Shown: positions 40,500 to 51,194, counted from the stretch's first letter. The stretch is DNA of 64,000 nucleotides from Candidatus Poribacteria bacterium (GCA_965222225.1 CBDCTK010000002.1:2144001-2208000), one strand, 5' to 3'. Notes: generated by a model from the letters alone, not told the origin. Numbers and translations: made by a program.

Positions 40500-40781
40500 G
40501 TAGGTTGGGTTGAACCGGAACCGTGAAACCCAACGCTTAATCCAACTGAAGCGCGAAACGAGAGTTGGCGGAGCAGCAACCTGTAGGGGTTGGGTTTCCC
40601 AACCCATTGGGCGAGAGGAAGATCCCTATCGCACGGGATTTAATATCGCAGAATTGGCTATCGCGGTCGTTATTCACTCCCTTGGTCTCCTTATTCAGTC
40701 GCTGGATCGCTATTCACTCAATTGATCGTTCGTTTGAGAGATTTACTATCGCACTCACTATTCGTTCGTTTGATCCCCTAC
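40500..40781. repeat. REP cluster with nested 35-bp units
   Basis: GTAG REPs at 40500-40534 and ~40583-40610; units at 40653-40687 and 40741-40775 (minus) plus split copies. Confidence 0.85.
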
Positions 40782-40881
40782 GATTGGGTATTTATCGACG
40801 AATTGCGGACACAACTCGCATAAATGTCAACATGCCCTAGTTTTCGCCCGCTTAGAAAAGGAGCCGCGTATTACGGTTGAT

Positions 40882-42915
40882 ATGAACAAATATCTTTACC
40901 TCCTTCGGCAGAGGTCAACCTTTACATACCTAGTCATCGCGCTGCTCGTCGCTCACCTACTGCCACTCTGGGTATTCAAATACTTCCCGTCGCAAGACGG
41001 CGCCTCCCATATCTACAACGCCTATCTACTGAAAGAATACAACAACCCCGCCATGTATAAGGTTCGGGAGTGTTTCGAGCTCAACCTAACCCTCTTCCCG
41101 AACTGGTTTTCCCATGCCCTTATGGCTGGCTTGATGTTCCTCGTGTCCCCCCTTGTCGCGGAGAAAATCCTGCTGACTCTTTGCATCGCATTGGCGCCGT
41201 TATCGCTTTTTTACTGCTTGCGCGCGATTGCCGGAGGCAATGCTGAGACGTCATTCGGATCGGGCAACCAAATTCTCGGTTTGATCGGATTCCTTTTCGG
41301 ATATAACTATCTGCTGCACATGGGCTTCTACAACTTCGCAATCAGTTTCCCGGTTTTCTTCTTTCTCCTCGGCTACTGGTGGCGGCACCATGAGTCCATG
41401 TCACCCGCGAATATCGGCGTGTTTTACGTCCTCATGATTCTGTTGTACTTCTGTCATATTTTTTCTTACGGGCTGATGTTGGTGACACTGTCCATCTGTG
41501 CGTTAAGGTTGATTGTCACCCCGAGGAAACTGCTGGTTTTCGCCGGCTATATGCTTCCGGCGGGATTCATTATGATCAACTACCTGCTCAATGACGCCTC
41601 GGATAAGTTGTATCGATATTGGAGTTCCAAGGAGCTATGGGACTACTTTCTGCAGACAAAGGCACTCGTGTACTTCAACGAGAGTCACATCTGGGCAAAT
41701 TACGTGCTGCTCGGATTCATTGGGATACTTTTCCTGTGGACTTTGTGGAAGGACAAAATTCAACCGAGACGATGGATGGACGGACGCGACGTGTTCCTAA
41801 TTCTTTCTATCGTTCTCGTGATTGCGTATTTCATATCGCCCCGGTGGATAGGCGATGGAGGCTATATCAGTGAACGCATTCACATGTTTTGGATTCCCAT
41901 TCTGCTGCCGTGGCTCAACCTCGATTTTCACAAAGCGGCGAGATGGTGCGCCGTTGGATTAATGGTTTTCCTCTCCGCCGTTCACTTGGGATATACCTGC
42001 CGGGACTACTACAACTTTAACCGTTCAATGGATGACTATACTTCCGCGTTGGATACACTGCCGGACCACATTGTCTTCGATAATATGGGGCCCGACAACG
42101 ACGACTGGGATGACAGGTGGCAGACTGAAGTTCCGCATCCCCATTGTAACCTCTACCTCTACTACATGATACCCGGAGACAGGGTATATATTGGCAATTA
42201 TGAAGCGCAATTCAACTATTTCCCGCTTAATTTTAAGGATGACAAGAAGCGGAATGATTATCCGGGTGGATACATCAATTACCGGCTGGCATGGAACGTT
42301 GGGGAAAACAGCCCTCAACTGGACAAGTATTGGGGCGACTATGGTATTGTCCACTCAACCCCGGAATCTCGGAAATATTCTAAACCGTACAGAATTTTAC
42401 GGCATGGGTATCATCGCGAGAATACCCAAACCTGGGAAAAGTACGCAAACGTCGGGGAGGTAAACTTTCAGATGCAAGCTAGCGATGCGTCAAATCAGGC
42501 TGTTCCAGACGACATGTCTATGCCCGTATTCGTCGATACACGGTATCAGACCGGTAGTTTCGGATGGGACACGGCTTATCCCAGACATTCTTTCCAGAAC
42601 ACCAGTGCGCCGGTCGGGTCTGGCGTTTGGGATACGGAGGATGCGGCTTTCAGGATTGACTTGCCAAATGGAGAGTATGAAGTAACGTGCCGCTTCCAAT
42701 CGAACGACGGGAAAGCGCATCGCATCGAACTGTACGCAAATGGAAAGCGCGAGATCCAGATTGCGGCTCCCGGCAGCAACGAGGTAGTTGAGGGGCGATT
42801 TACCGCTGAAGTGAAAGACGGAACGCTCATCCAAGTTATCCATGCCGCTGGCAGCGAGCGCCGCGCGCACTGGGCATGGAGCGGATTCAACCTGCATCGA
42901 ATCGAGGCCAATTAG
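40882..42915 (+). CDS. Polytopic membrane protein (GT-C-like architecture) with C-terminal soluble beta-sandwich domain
   Basis: About 10 TM helices, PSQDGASHIYN loop, GFYNF; C-terminal FRIDLPNGEYEV. Glycosyltransferase function is an inference. Confidence 0.65.
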   Translation: MNKYLYLLRQRSTFTYLVIALLVAHLLPLWVFKYFPSQDGASHIYNAYLLKEYNNPAMYKVRECFELNLTLFPNWFSHALMAGLMFLVSPLVAEKILLTLCIALAPLSLFYCLRAIAGGNAETSFGSGNQILGLIGFLFGYNYLLHMGFYNFAISFPVFFFLLGYWWRHHESMSPANIGVFYVLMILLYFCHIFSYGLMLVTLSICALRLIVTPRKLLVFAGYMLPAGFIMINYLLNDASDKLYRYWSSKELWDYFLQTKALVYFNESHIWANYVLLGFIGILFLWTLWKDKIQPRRWMDGRDVFLILSIVLVIAYFISPRWIGDGGYISERIHMFWIPILLPWLNLDFHKAARWCAVGLMVFLSAVHLGYTCRDYYNFNRSMDDYTSALDTLPDHIVFDNMGPDNDDWDDRWQTEVPHPHCNLYLYYMIPGDRVYIGNYEAQFNYFPLNFKDDKKRNDYPGGYINYRLAWNVGENSPQLDKYWGDYGIVHSTPESRKYSKPYRILRHGYHRENTQTWEKYANVGEVNFQMQASDASNQAVPDDMSMPVFVDTRYQTGSFGWDTAYPRHSFQNTSAPVGSGVWDTEDAAFRIDLPNGEYEVTCRFQSNDGKAHRIELYANGKREIQIAAPGSNEVVEGRFTAEVKDGTLIQVIHAAGSERRAHWAWSGFNLHRIEAN

Positions 42916-43195
42916 ATTATGGTTTGCGCAGTCGGACACCCAAAGCCTAGCAGTAAAATCTTCGATTGAATTGAAGATGGGATCTTCATCTATTGCCTGT
43001 TTCCACACAAAACAGCATGTCAGACTGTCCACGGGCGAGCGCACGATTAGCGGGACGCGCAATGAGTAGGAGCAATCTCCAAGTCGCGAGCCCTGTGGCG
43101 AGCAAAGCTTGCAAGCGAAGGTGCGAAGGAAAGTAATCCATGAATAGGTTGTGGATTCGTCAACCGGTTCACTGCATGGCTGCGACGCACTCCGG

Positions 43196-44704
43196 CTATC
43201 GCGGAAGGGCGCGGGGTTCATCCCATTCCTGCCGCGCGCGATAGAACACCGGCGCATAAGACTCGGCATAAAGCGGTTTGCTCAAGGGACCCACGATAGG
43301 ACCAAACCGATCCTGCGAATATGGTTGCGGGATCGGCGTGCCGAGCAGCGCTTCAATTCGCGCTCGACGGTCATTCACCACATCCGGATGCTGATCGTGC
43401 ACGTTCTCTCGCTCATCTGGGTCCGCTGACAAGTTGTACAACTCGGGGTTCGAATCCTCGAAATCCCAGCCTGTTGCGTAGACCCAGTGCTCGTCGCGAA
43501 TCGAAACACGACCGCCCCACGCCGTAGTGATGTACGGGCGCAGCGCTTCTTCCTGGCCAGTAACCAGCCGCCAAGCGCTTTGCCCATCCATCTGCTCGAC
43601 CCCATCTCCTACCCCCGCTAAATCAAGGATGGTCGGACCAAGGTCGTAGTTTTGCACCCAGGCTTCAATGTCGCGGTCCCGCCATCCTTCGCTCGGGTGC
43701 CGAATCGTTAAATTCTGCTGCGTGTTGAACGGATGCAGCTCGGTGTTGCGTTTACCCCAGCCCGTGTGATCAGCTAGCTCGGTGCCGTGGTCGGTGAAGA
43801 AGATGATTACCGTGTCATCCTGCAGTCCCAGTGCATCGAGTTGATCGAGAAAGCGGCCCACATGCGCATCCGTAAAGGTGATTTCGCCTTTGTAACAGGC
43901 GGTATAGTAATCAATATAATCCCGCGTTTTGACATCAAGATCCGCGCCCCTCATATCCGAAAAGAATGAGCGATCAAGAATATGGCGAGGCTGTTGGTAT
44001 ATCGGACCTTGCCACGAGTCGTCGTAGCGGTGCACATAGTCCAGCGGCGGATCGAACACCTCGTGCGGCTCGAAGCAGTCGATCCAAAGAAAGAAGGGCG
44101 CATTCGACGAATTGTCGCGCAGCCATCGGCTGGCTCTGGCGAAAACTTGGGCACCGAACCAGTCCGATTCCTCTTTTCGGTCGCGTATATTGTGTAAATG
44201 TTGAAGGAAATGGCTTCTGCCTGCCAGTTGAGAAGCATCGGGTTCGGCAGGTTCGTAAGCTCCGAAATAGTCCTTGAACAGTTGACTGATGAGATTCCAA
44301 GAACCGGTGCGCCAGCCATCACCTCCCGCGCCTCGTATGTGGTCCCACGTCATGAAACCACGGAGGTGATTCATGTTGGGCTTGAACAGATGGGGCGTGT
44401 CGGCTATCAAGCCCGTAGCGTAACCGTGTTCCAACAGAATCTCGGCAATGGTTGGGTACTCGTCCGGAATCTCGTGCCATCCGTAGTAGCCGTGAATGTA
44501 CGGGAATCCACGCATGCCGGTGAAACAACCGTTTCGGACTTGGACAGTCTGACCGGGTTCCGTGAAGCAGCGGTTGAATCGCGCAGATTCAGCGGCGAGC
44601 GCGTCAAGCGCCGGCGTGGCGACATCGCTAAACCGCTTGTTTGGCCCCACGATGTCGGCGCGGAATGTGTCGAGGCAAATGACTACGATGTTCAGGTGTT
44701 CCAT
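43196..44704 (-). CDS. Sulfatase-superfamily hydrolase
   Basis: NIVVICLDTFRAD, PALDALA, PFFLW..FEPH, TDHG, ELYNLSADPDEREN. Confidence 0.88.
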   Translation of the reverse strand: MEHLNIVVICLDTFRADIVGPNKRFSDVATPALDALAAESARFNRCFTEPGQTVQVRNGCFTGMRGFPYIHGYYGWHEIPDEYPTIAEILLEHGYATGLIADTPHLFKPNMNHLRGFMTWDHIRGAGGDGWRTGSWNLISQLFKDYFGAYEPAEPDASQLAGRSHFLQHLHNIRDRKEESDWFGAQVFARASRWLRDNSSNAPFFLWIDCFEPHEVFDPPLDYVHRYDDSWQGPIYQQPRHILDRSFFSDMRGADLDVKTRDYIDYYTACYKGEITFTDAHVGRFLDQLDALGLQDDTVIIFFTDHGTELADHTGWGKRNTELHPFNTQQNLTIRHPSEGWRDRDIEAWVQNYDLGPTILDLAGVGDGVEQMDGQSAWRLVTGQEEALRPYITTAWGGRVSIRDEHWVYATGWDFEDSNPELYNLSADPDERENVHDQHPDVVNDRRARIEALLGTPIPQPYSQDRFGPIVGPLSKPLYAESYAPVFYRARQEWDEPRALPR

Positions 44705-44762
44705 AGTTGCGATAGTCCTTTCGACCCATCTTACTCATCTAACATGAAATGTGCAGTTTCTT

Positions 44763-44867
44763 GTAGGGATCAAACGAGTGAATAGCGAGTAAGATTTTCT
44801 ATCGCCCTCCTTATCCAGTCGGTTAATCGATAGAGATCCCCTTAACCGAGTGAATAACGAGGGATCC
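44763..44867. repeat. Nested 35-bp units after GTAGG
   Basis: Plus-strand unit split by a minus-strand unit (44794-44828), plus a truncated copy at 44841-44862. Confidence 0.85.
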
Positions 44868-45012
44868 CAAAGAATTCCCATTACGTTACACCATTATCGT
44901 TTGCTATGAATCGGGGCAACTTGCGCAAGTCCTAATGTAGTTTGCAAACGGACGGTTTCAATGGCACCATCGCAGAACACAGCGGTATGGCATGTCTGAC
45001 CGCTGGTTCACA

Positions 45013-46125
45013 CTATGCGAGGGTATCATCAGCCCCATCCGTGAGCCATTCGAGATCGAACCGCGCGAGGGTAAGCCCATCGTAGCCGCTTCCAAAACCA
45101 TGGTCATAGAGGCAGCAGATGCTCATATCGGGGGCAACACAAATACCCGAATAAGACGAGTGGTCTGCGTGGAGAACTTTTCCGGCGTTCCAAGTGCGGC
45201 ACTCATCATAGCTGATTCGAACGGTCATGCGCTCACGCCGGGTGCTGCTGGCAGGATTGGAGAAGAGAACACGGTTTTTGTCATGCGAAGTTTCGTCCGT
45301 GAAACGAGTCACGCCCGCATGGCAGATGGGTTCCGGCAGCGTTTCATCCCAGCCGAACTCCGAGAAGGACAAGCCATCATCATGACTCCAAGCATAGGCA
45401 CGTCGATGGTCGCCCACGTAGTTCCTGCAGTTCAAGTATAAGGCACCGTCATGCGTCTGAACGATGTTCGATTCGTTCGTGCCCGCTTGCGCCACGCCGC
45501 CTATGTGCCAATGTTCGCCGTGGTCGTCGCTGTAGATGACGTGCGAATGGCCAGATGCCGTCAGCGTTGCCACAGAGGACTTCACGTCTTGGTAACCGCC
45601 GGCTACGCCTTGAACATGATCGCACGGGATGACGAGCCGTCCGCTTTTCAATTGGATGCCGCCCCCGGGGCCCGTCGCATACCACGTCCACGAAGGGGCT
45701 TTTACCTCGTCTGTAATCTCCCGTGGCGTGTCCCACGTTTTGCCATCGTCTTTGCTCGACGTAACCCAGACCGTGCGCGGGGCTTTGCCTTCGACAATCA
45801 GGTTTTCGGGACCGTCCGCAAAGTTTTGGCAAAACACCAGCCAGATTGTTCCGGTGTCCCTATCCACTACCGGGGCAGGATTGCCATCGGTGTCCGGACC
45901 GGTGCGGACTGCAATCTGCATAGGTTCCCACGTGCGCCCATTGTCGAAACTGCGTCTGAGGCCGATGTTAATATCGCCAGAGTCGCCACCCATTACCGTT
46001 GGATCACTGTTTCTGGCTTCACAGAACGCCAGCATAGTACCGCTCACAGATCTTGTCAGGACGGGAGTGGTATAGGCGCGATATCCGCCTTCGCCGTTAT
46101 TAAATAATTGTGTCTGTTCAATCAT
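45013..46125 (-). CDS. Sialidase-like (GH33) protein
   Basis: LAFCEAR, SFDNGRTW, GNPAPVVD, WYATGPGGGIQL, SDDHGEHW, LFSNPA, SYDECRTW, SYS. Confidence 0.9.
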   Translation of the reverse strand: MIEQTQLFNNGEGGYRAYTTPVLTRSVSGTMLAFCEARNSDPTVMGGDSGDINIGLRRSFDNGRTWEPMQIAVRTGPDTDGNPAPVVDRDTGTIWLVFCQNFADGPENLIVEGKAPRTVWVTSSKDDGKTWDTPREITDEVKAPSWTWYATGPGGGIQLKSGRLVIPCDHVQGVAGGYQDVKSSVATLTASGHSHVIYSDDHGEHWHIGGVAQAGTNESNIVQTHDGALYLNCRNYVGDHRRAYAWSHDDGLSFSEFGWDETLPEPICHAGVTRFTDETSHDKNRVLFSNPASSTRRERMTVRISYDECRTWNAGKVLHADHSSYSGICVAPDMSICCLYDHGFGSGYDGLTLARFDLEWLTDGADDTLA

Positions 46126-46434
46126 AGTCTTATCACACACCCAAATGTTGAGATATACAGTTTATGTTGGATTAGCCTGCGCTGTGCTAAGACTAGCGGC
46201 AAAACTTCCAAACATTGAATTCCATGATTTCAATGAATACGTCGTTTTCTCTCAAAATCAACGACTACCATCTGTGGTCATGCGCGCAAACGATTACCGC
46301 GCTATATTCTTTATAAGCACACCACAAAAACCATTGGTTGTCAAGCGTTTTAGATGAGTTGGAGAATCGGTCACAATTTGGGGATCGATCCGAAGGGTGC
46401 GGCACGTTTCAGAACATGTCGACAACATCGCTAT

Positions 46435-46716
46435 GAACCTGTTTGAAAAGTACATTTGTAGGATGCGATCAAAGGAATGAATAATGACCGCGATAGAGAT
46501 CCCCCTGCGCATCAGTCTCTAAAAGCCCTGGAAGGGCGACAGGTGTATAGCAATGCCGCAACCCCACTCACTTAAGCCCCAGCGTGGGATCAAGCGAGCG
46601 AATAGTGAGTGCGATAGAAATCCTGACAGGTGTATTGCCGGATGACGACAAAAACACGGAAAACCTTTTATCAAATCACCAAATGTGAGTTCGCAACCTA
46701 TTTTTCAAACAGGATC
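46435..46716. mobile_element. IS5-like MITE with REP-like hairpins and two 35-bp units (46467-46501, 46588-46622)
   Basis: Ends GAACCTGTTTGAAAA / TTTTCAAACAGGATC are inverted repeats; flanks TAT/TAA. Confidence 0.7.
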
Positions 46717-46885
46717 TAAAGAACGGCAATGTCCGTGCAGAAATAGAGGAGGATGTCGGCGCCAACGCGGTGTCGCCAGACCAATGACAAACTTTAGCGG
46801 TAGTCTCGTCAGCACAAAGACTCTTGACTCGCGTGATTGATAACGGCTATGGACGTTATCGTCGCGGTGTGGAATTCCAAAAGGC

Positions 46886-46914
46886 TTGACAGCGTAAGGT
46901 GTGAAGTATATAAT
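46886..46914 (+). promoter_or_regulatory. Consensus sigma70 promoter for the nfeD-floA operon
   Basis: TTGACA-17 bp-TATAAT. Confidence 0.75.
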
Positions 46915-47026
46915 AGTGTCGTGTAATTCGAACGTTTTGATTGCAGATTGATGTCAGACCGTCTCTGAGCAACCCAAAAACTATTCCACCTCACTCGCCT
47001 GCAGGACTTAGGAAGAGGTGATTGCC

Positions 47027-48556
47027 ATGTCTAGCAAAACACGTTTGACAAGCCACATATTAATAATGCTCGGCGTTAGCCTGCTAGCCATGTCATTGGT
47101 TTCATCGGCTCAAGATGACGCCTTGGTGCACATTGTCAACATACGGAATCAGATTGGTAGCGGGATAAGCGTCTACATCAGCAACGGCATTGAACGCGCC
47201 GAAACAGCCAATGCGGATGCCATTGTTTTTGATGTTGATACCCCCGGTGGTCGAGTGGATTCCGCGGTCGATATAATTGACGCCATTCAAGACACGGAGG
47301 TGCCAACCATCGCCTTTGTGAATAGAGAGGCAATCTCCGCAGGCGCAATGATTTCCATCGCATGCGATCAAATTGTGATGGTGTCTGGTGGAACGATTGG
47401 CGACTCCGCGCCGGTCTCGATTCAGGGAGAAGAGGCTGGGGAAAAAGCGGTTTCTTATATTCGCAAGACAATCAAATCAACCGCGGAACGACAAGGGCAC
47501 AATTTCCATATCGCAGTCACTATGGTTGACAAGAAACGGGTACTTGTCAGAATGGCAGACGGCGAAATCGTTTCGTTCAGGCCTGACACTTATCAAGAAA
47601 AGAGGCAAAACGGAGAGGAGATGGAAGTCATCTCCGCCGAGGGCGAGTTGTTGACTTTGACCACGGACGAAGCCTTAGAGTATGGTTTCGCGCATGGGCG
47701 CGCGGATACGATTGATGAGTTACTGGCGATGTACCGGATCGTCGAGATTGATGGGGCCAGGAAAGCACTGACAGAAGAAGCCATAGCGCAGAAGCAGGAA
47801 GAACTTGGCACCGCAAGCATGCAGTTCATTAAATCACTTGAAGGCGCGGCAACCGACGAAGCCATGGTTTCGTTGGCGGATCGGATTGTCATTTTTCTCA
47901 CGAGCCCCCTCATTAGCTCGCTCCTGCTCTCCCTCGGAATGCTTGGATTATGGATAGAAATTCAGTCCCCAGGATTCGGCCTTCCCGGGATGCTCGGTCT
48001 GCTATGTCTAGGAATCTTCTTCGGCGGACACATGCTGAGCCAAATTGACGCCCAGTGGGCAGCGCTGGCTTTTGTTCTGGGATTAGGATTAATTGTGGTA
48101 GAGGTTTTCATCTTACCGGGATTTGGCATTGCGGGGATTTCGGGCATCATTCTTATGTTCGGCGGTATATTTTATGTATTCAAGAGTGCCTATCAGTTTG
48201 AAACGGCAATTCTGGCGTTTTCATCTGTTATCGTCCTCACCGCCATCGGTGTGATTGCCGCGTTTTATCTCTTCCCAAAGACGCGCGCATGGAAGCATTT
48301 CGCTTTGGCAACCGAGATGAGTTCGGATATTGGCTATCATTCCGCAGGGGATGAAGATTTTCAGAGTTACATCGGACAGACCGGAACAGCGATTACACCC
48401 TTGCGTCCGGCTGGCGCAATCCGCCTCGCAGGTAAGCGCGTTGATGTGCTTACCGCAGGCGATTTCATCCCTTCTGAAACCCCCGTTAAAGTGATAGAAG
48501 TGGAAGGCTCAAAGGTCTTCGTTGAAGCCTTGGATGAGGCAACCAACACAGCGTAA
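47027..48556 (+). CDS. nfeD: Long NfeD (ClpP-like serine protease, TM and OB domains; YqeZ-like)
   Basis: DTPGGRVD, AISAGA, GTIGD, LLTLT..EAL, PGFG, TPLRPAG. Confidence 0.9.
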   Translation: MSSKTRLTSHILIMLGVSLLAMSLVSSAQDDALVHIVNIRNQIGSGISVYISNGIERAETANADAIVFDVDTPGGRVDSAVDIIDAIQDTEVPTIAFVNREAISAGAMISIACDQIVMVSGGTIGDSAPVSIQGEEAGEKAVSYIRKTIKSTAERQGHNFHIAVTMVDKKRVLVRMADGEIVSFRPDTYQEKRQNGEEMEVISAEGELLTLTTDEALEYGFAHGRADTIDELLAMYRIVEIDGARKALTEEAIAQKQEELGTASMQFIKSLEGAATDEAMVSLADRIVIFLTSPLISSLLLSLGMLGLWIEIQSPGFGLPGMLGLLCLGIFFGGHMLSQIDAQWAALAFVLGLGLIVVEVFILPGFGIAGISGIILMFGGIFYVFKSAYQFETAILAFSSVIVLTAIGVIAAFYLFPKTRAWKHFALATEMSSDIGYHSAGDEDFQSYIGQTGTAITPLRPAGAIRLAGKRVDVLTAGDFIPSETPVKVIEVEGSKVFVEALDEATNTA

Positions 48557-48650
48557 GACAGGATTCAATTTACACAGCGCACTCGGCCTCTCTATGCCCT
48601 TGAAGGAAAGATTGAATTTCTGCGACAATCTCCTATAAAAGGACGTGCTT

Positions 48651-49133
48651 ATGCCGCCGCTACCCCTCTTTCTCCTCGGCTTAGGGGTTTTACTGCTATT
48701 CATCGAAATCATTCTGCTTCCCGGTTTTGGTGCGGCTGGCGTGCCGGGAATTATTCTCATTTGCGTTGGTATCGGGATTGTTTGGATGGAACACAGTTGG
48801 GAAACCGCATCGCTTTACGCCGGTGGGACAGTTATCCTTATTATCCCACTTGCTATCTTGGGATTGTGGCTCGCTCCTCGAACTAGACTTGGACGAACCG
48901 TCATTCTCAAGGCCGCTCAAAATAGCGCGGACGGTTTCCAAGCTCCACCACAGGAATTAACGACGTTAGTCGGCCACTCCGGTCAGTCCGTGTCTCCCCT
49001 CAGACCGGCAGGAGTCGTCTTAATTGATGGCAAACGGGTGGATGTAGTCACCAATGGAGAATTCATCCAGCCCGAAACAGAAGTGGAAGTAGTTGCCGTA
49101 GAAGGAAGCCGGGTTGTTGTCCGGAGTCGGTAA
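48651..49133 (+). CDS. Short NfeD-like protein (TM plus OB fold)
   Basis: EIILLPGFG, SPLRPAG..IDGKRVDVV..VEGSRVVV. Confidence 0.85.
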   Translation: MPPLPLFLLGLGVLLLFIEIILLPGFGAAGVPGIILICVGIGIVWMEHSWETASLYAGGTVILIIPLAILGLWLAPRTRLGRTVILKAAQNSADGFQAPPQELTTLVGHSGQSVSPLRPAGVVLIDGKRVDVVTNGEFIQPETEVEVVAVEGSRVVVRSR

Positions 49134-49159
49134 ACACTCTTCAAATAAGGAGATTCTAG

Positions 49160-50065
49160 ATGGATGACATTACAGGTTTTACAGCGATTATCGCCGTATT
49201 GATACTGATTTTCCTGTTAGTTTTCTTTTGGTTTGTGCCCGTCGGTCTGTGGATTGCCGCCCAAGCGGCAGGCGTACGAATCCGCATAGTCGGCGACTTG
49301 GTCGGGATGCGTTTACGACGGGTGACCCCAAACGTAATAGTCAACGCGCTGATTAGCGCGACGAAAGCAGGTCTGACAGTTAAAACTACCGATCTTGAAG
49401 CCCACTACCTTGCGGGCGGAAACGTGTTGCGAGTCGTGAACGCGTTGATTGCCGCGGATAAAGCTAAAATCGACCTCAATTTTCAGCGCGCCACCGCAAT
49501 CGATTTGGCGGGACGCGATGTATTTGAAGCCGTGCAGGTAAGCGTCAACCCTCGCGTCATCACGACGCCGCGCATTAGCACGGTTGCGCTTGATGGCGTT
49601 GAGTTGATTGCCGTCGTGCGAATCACCGTCAGGACAAACATCAACAGGCTCGTCGGTGGTGCAGGAGAAGAGACAATCCTTGCGCGAGTCGGGGAGGGCA
49701 TTATCAGCGCAATTGGCGCCTCGGAGACTTATGAGGATGTCCTTGAAAATCCCGACGTTATCTCCAAGACCGTGTTGGATCGAGGCTTAGACGCGGGCAC
49801 CGCCTATGAAATTCTCTCCATTGATATTGCCGATGTCAACGTTGGGAAGAACATCGGAGCTGAACTCCAAGCCGAGCAGGCTGAAGCAGATCTGGTCGTT
49901 GCTCAGGCAAAGGCGGAGGAGAGGCGAGCGATGGCAATCGCGCGTAAGCAGGAAATGACAGCGAACGTGCAAAAGATGCGAGCCGCCGTTGTCGAGGCCG
50001 AGGCTTCCGTTCCACGCGCTCTCGCCGGTGCGTTCCGCGAAGGCACCTTAACATTACCATCATAA
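49160..50065 (+). CDS. floA: Flotillin-like protein FloA (YqfA/UPF0365)
   Basis: [54 protein letters not shown]. Confidence 0.92.
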   Translation: MDDITGFTAIIAVLILIFLLVFFWFVPVGLWIAAQAAGVRIRIVGDLVGMRLRRVTPNVIVNALISATKAGLTVKTTDLEAHYLAGGNVLRVVNALIAADKAKIDLNFQRATAIDLAGRDVFEAVQVSVNPRVITTPRISTVALDGVELIAVVRITVRTNINRLVGGAGEETILARVGEGIISAIGASETYEDVLENPDVISKTVLDRGLDAGTAYEILSIDIADVNVGKNIGAELQAEQAEADLVVAQAKAEERRAMAIARKQEMTANVQKMRAAVVEAEASVPRALAGAFREGTLTLPS

Positions 50066-50079
50066 AAGGAGGGTTTCAG

Positions 50080-51111
50080 ATGCCGTCAGCTGTTGCCATA
50101 CTTGCGGTTCTTGTTATTGTTTTTCTCATTTTCCTCACCACGTTCGTCCCTATCGGTTTGTGGATCGCTGCGATTGCGGCGAATGTCCGTGTGCGAATCT
50201 TTGGCGATCTGGTTGCCATGCGTTTGCGGCGCGTGCCTCCGAAAGGCATCATAGAGCCCCTAATCAACTCGACCAAGGCGGGGCTAAACCTTTCGCTTGA
50301 TGAACTTGAGGCGCACTATCTCGCTGGCGGAAGAGTTGCCAGTGTCGTCGCAGCGCTCATCGCTGCGGATAAAGCGAACATCTCACTAGGCTTCGCGCAA
50401 GCCGCCGCAATCGACCTTGCCGGTCGCGATGTACTGCAAGCGGTACAGGTCAGCGTCACACCGGAAATTATCGACATTCCCGCCAAGGGAGACAGCCAAC
50501 ACGGAATTACCGCCGTTGCGCGCGACGGCATTCAACTCATCGTCAAGGCACGGGTGACGGTGAGGGCAGACATCGATCGGCTGGTCGGCGGGGCTACCGA
50601 AGAGACGATTAAAGCCAGAGTGGGTGAAGGAATTATCACGACAATCGGCTCTGCGACAAGTCACAAGGAGGTCTTGGAAAGCCCGGTACGCATTTCGGAA
50701 ACCGTGCTCGAAAAAGGACTGTCTGCTGGAACTGCTTTTGAAATCTTGTCCATTGATATCGCCGACATTAACGTGGGCGAGAACGTAGGCGCCAAGCTGC
50801 AAACCGATCAAGCACAAGCCGAGTTGAAAATCGCTCAAGCGAAAGCGGAAGAGCGGCGAGCCCGGGCGCAAGCGGAGGAGGAGGAGAACAAAGCGCTCGT
50901 TGAAGAGATGACCATCACCCTTGTCGAGGCGGAAGCCGAAGTTCCTCGCGCCATTGCCGATTCCTTTGATTCGAGCCGAATGAGCGTCATGGACTACTAC
51001 AATCTCAGAAATATCCTCGCCGATACGGAGATGCGTCAAGCCATTGCTTCATCTGGCGGCGATGGCGAGATTGACACAACTCGATCGTCGCATTCCATGG
51101 GGCTTACGTAG
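50080..51111 (+). CDS. floA: Second flotillin-like protein FloA
   Basis: Same motifs, plus the C-terminal VMDYYNL.NI.ADTEMR..I that the first copy lacks. Confidence 0.92.
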   Translation: MPSAVAILAVLVIVFLIFLTTFVPIGLWIAAIAANVRVRIFGDLVAMRLRRVPPKGIIEPLINSTKAGLNLSLDELEAHYLAGGRVASVVAALIAADKANISLGFAQAAAIDLAGRDVLQAVQVSVTPEIIDIPAKGDSQHGITAVARDGIQLIVKARVTVRADIDRLVGGATEETIKARVGEGIITTIGSATSHKEVLESPVRISETVLEKGLSAGTAFEILSIDIADINVGENVGAKLQTDQAQAELKIAQAKAEERRARAQAEEEENKALVEEMTITLVEAEAEVPRAIADSFDSSRMSVMDYYNLRNILADTEMRQAIASSGGDGEIDTTRSSHSMGLT

Positions 51112-51194
51112 GCAACCGAAGCAGGCTCGTGAGTTCGGCAATTAAGCGGCAGACTTAGCTCATCTTCATTTCGAACCTGTTCAAATCTCCATAA

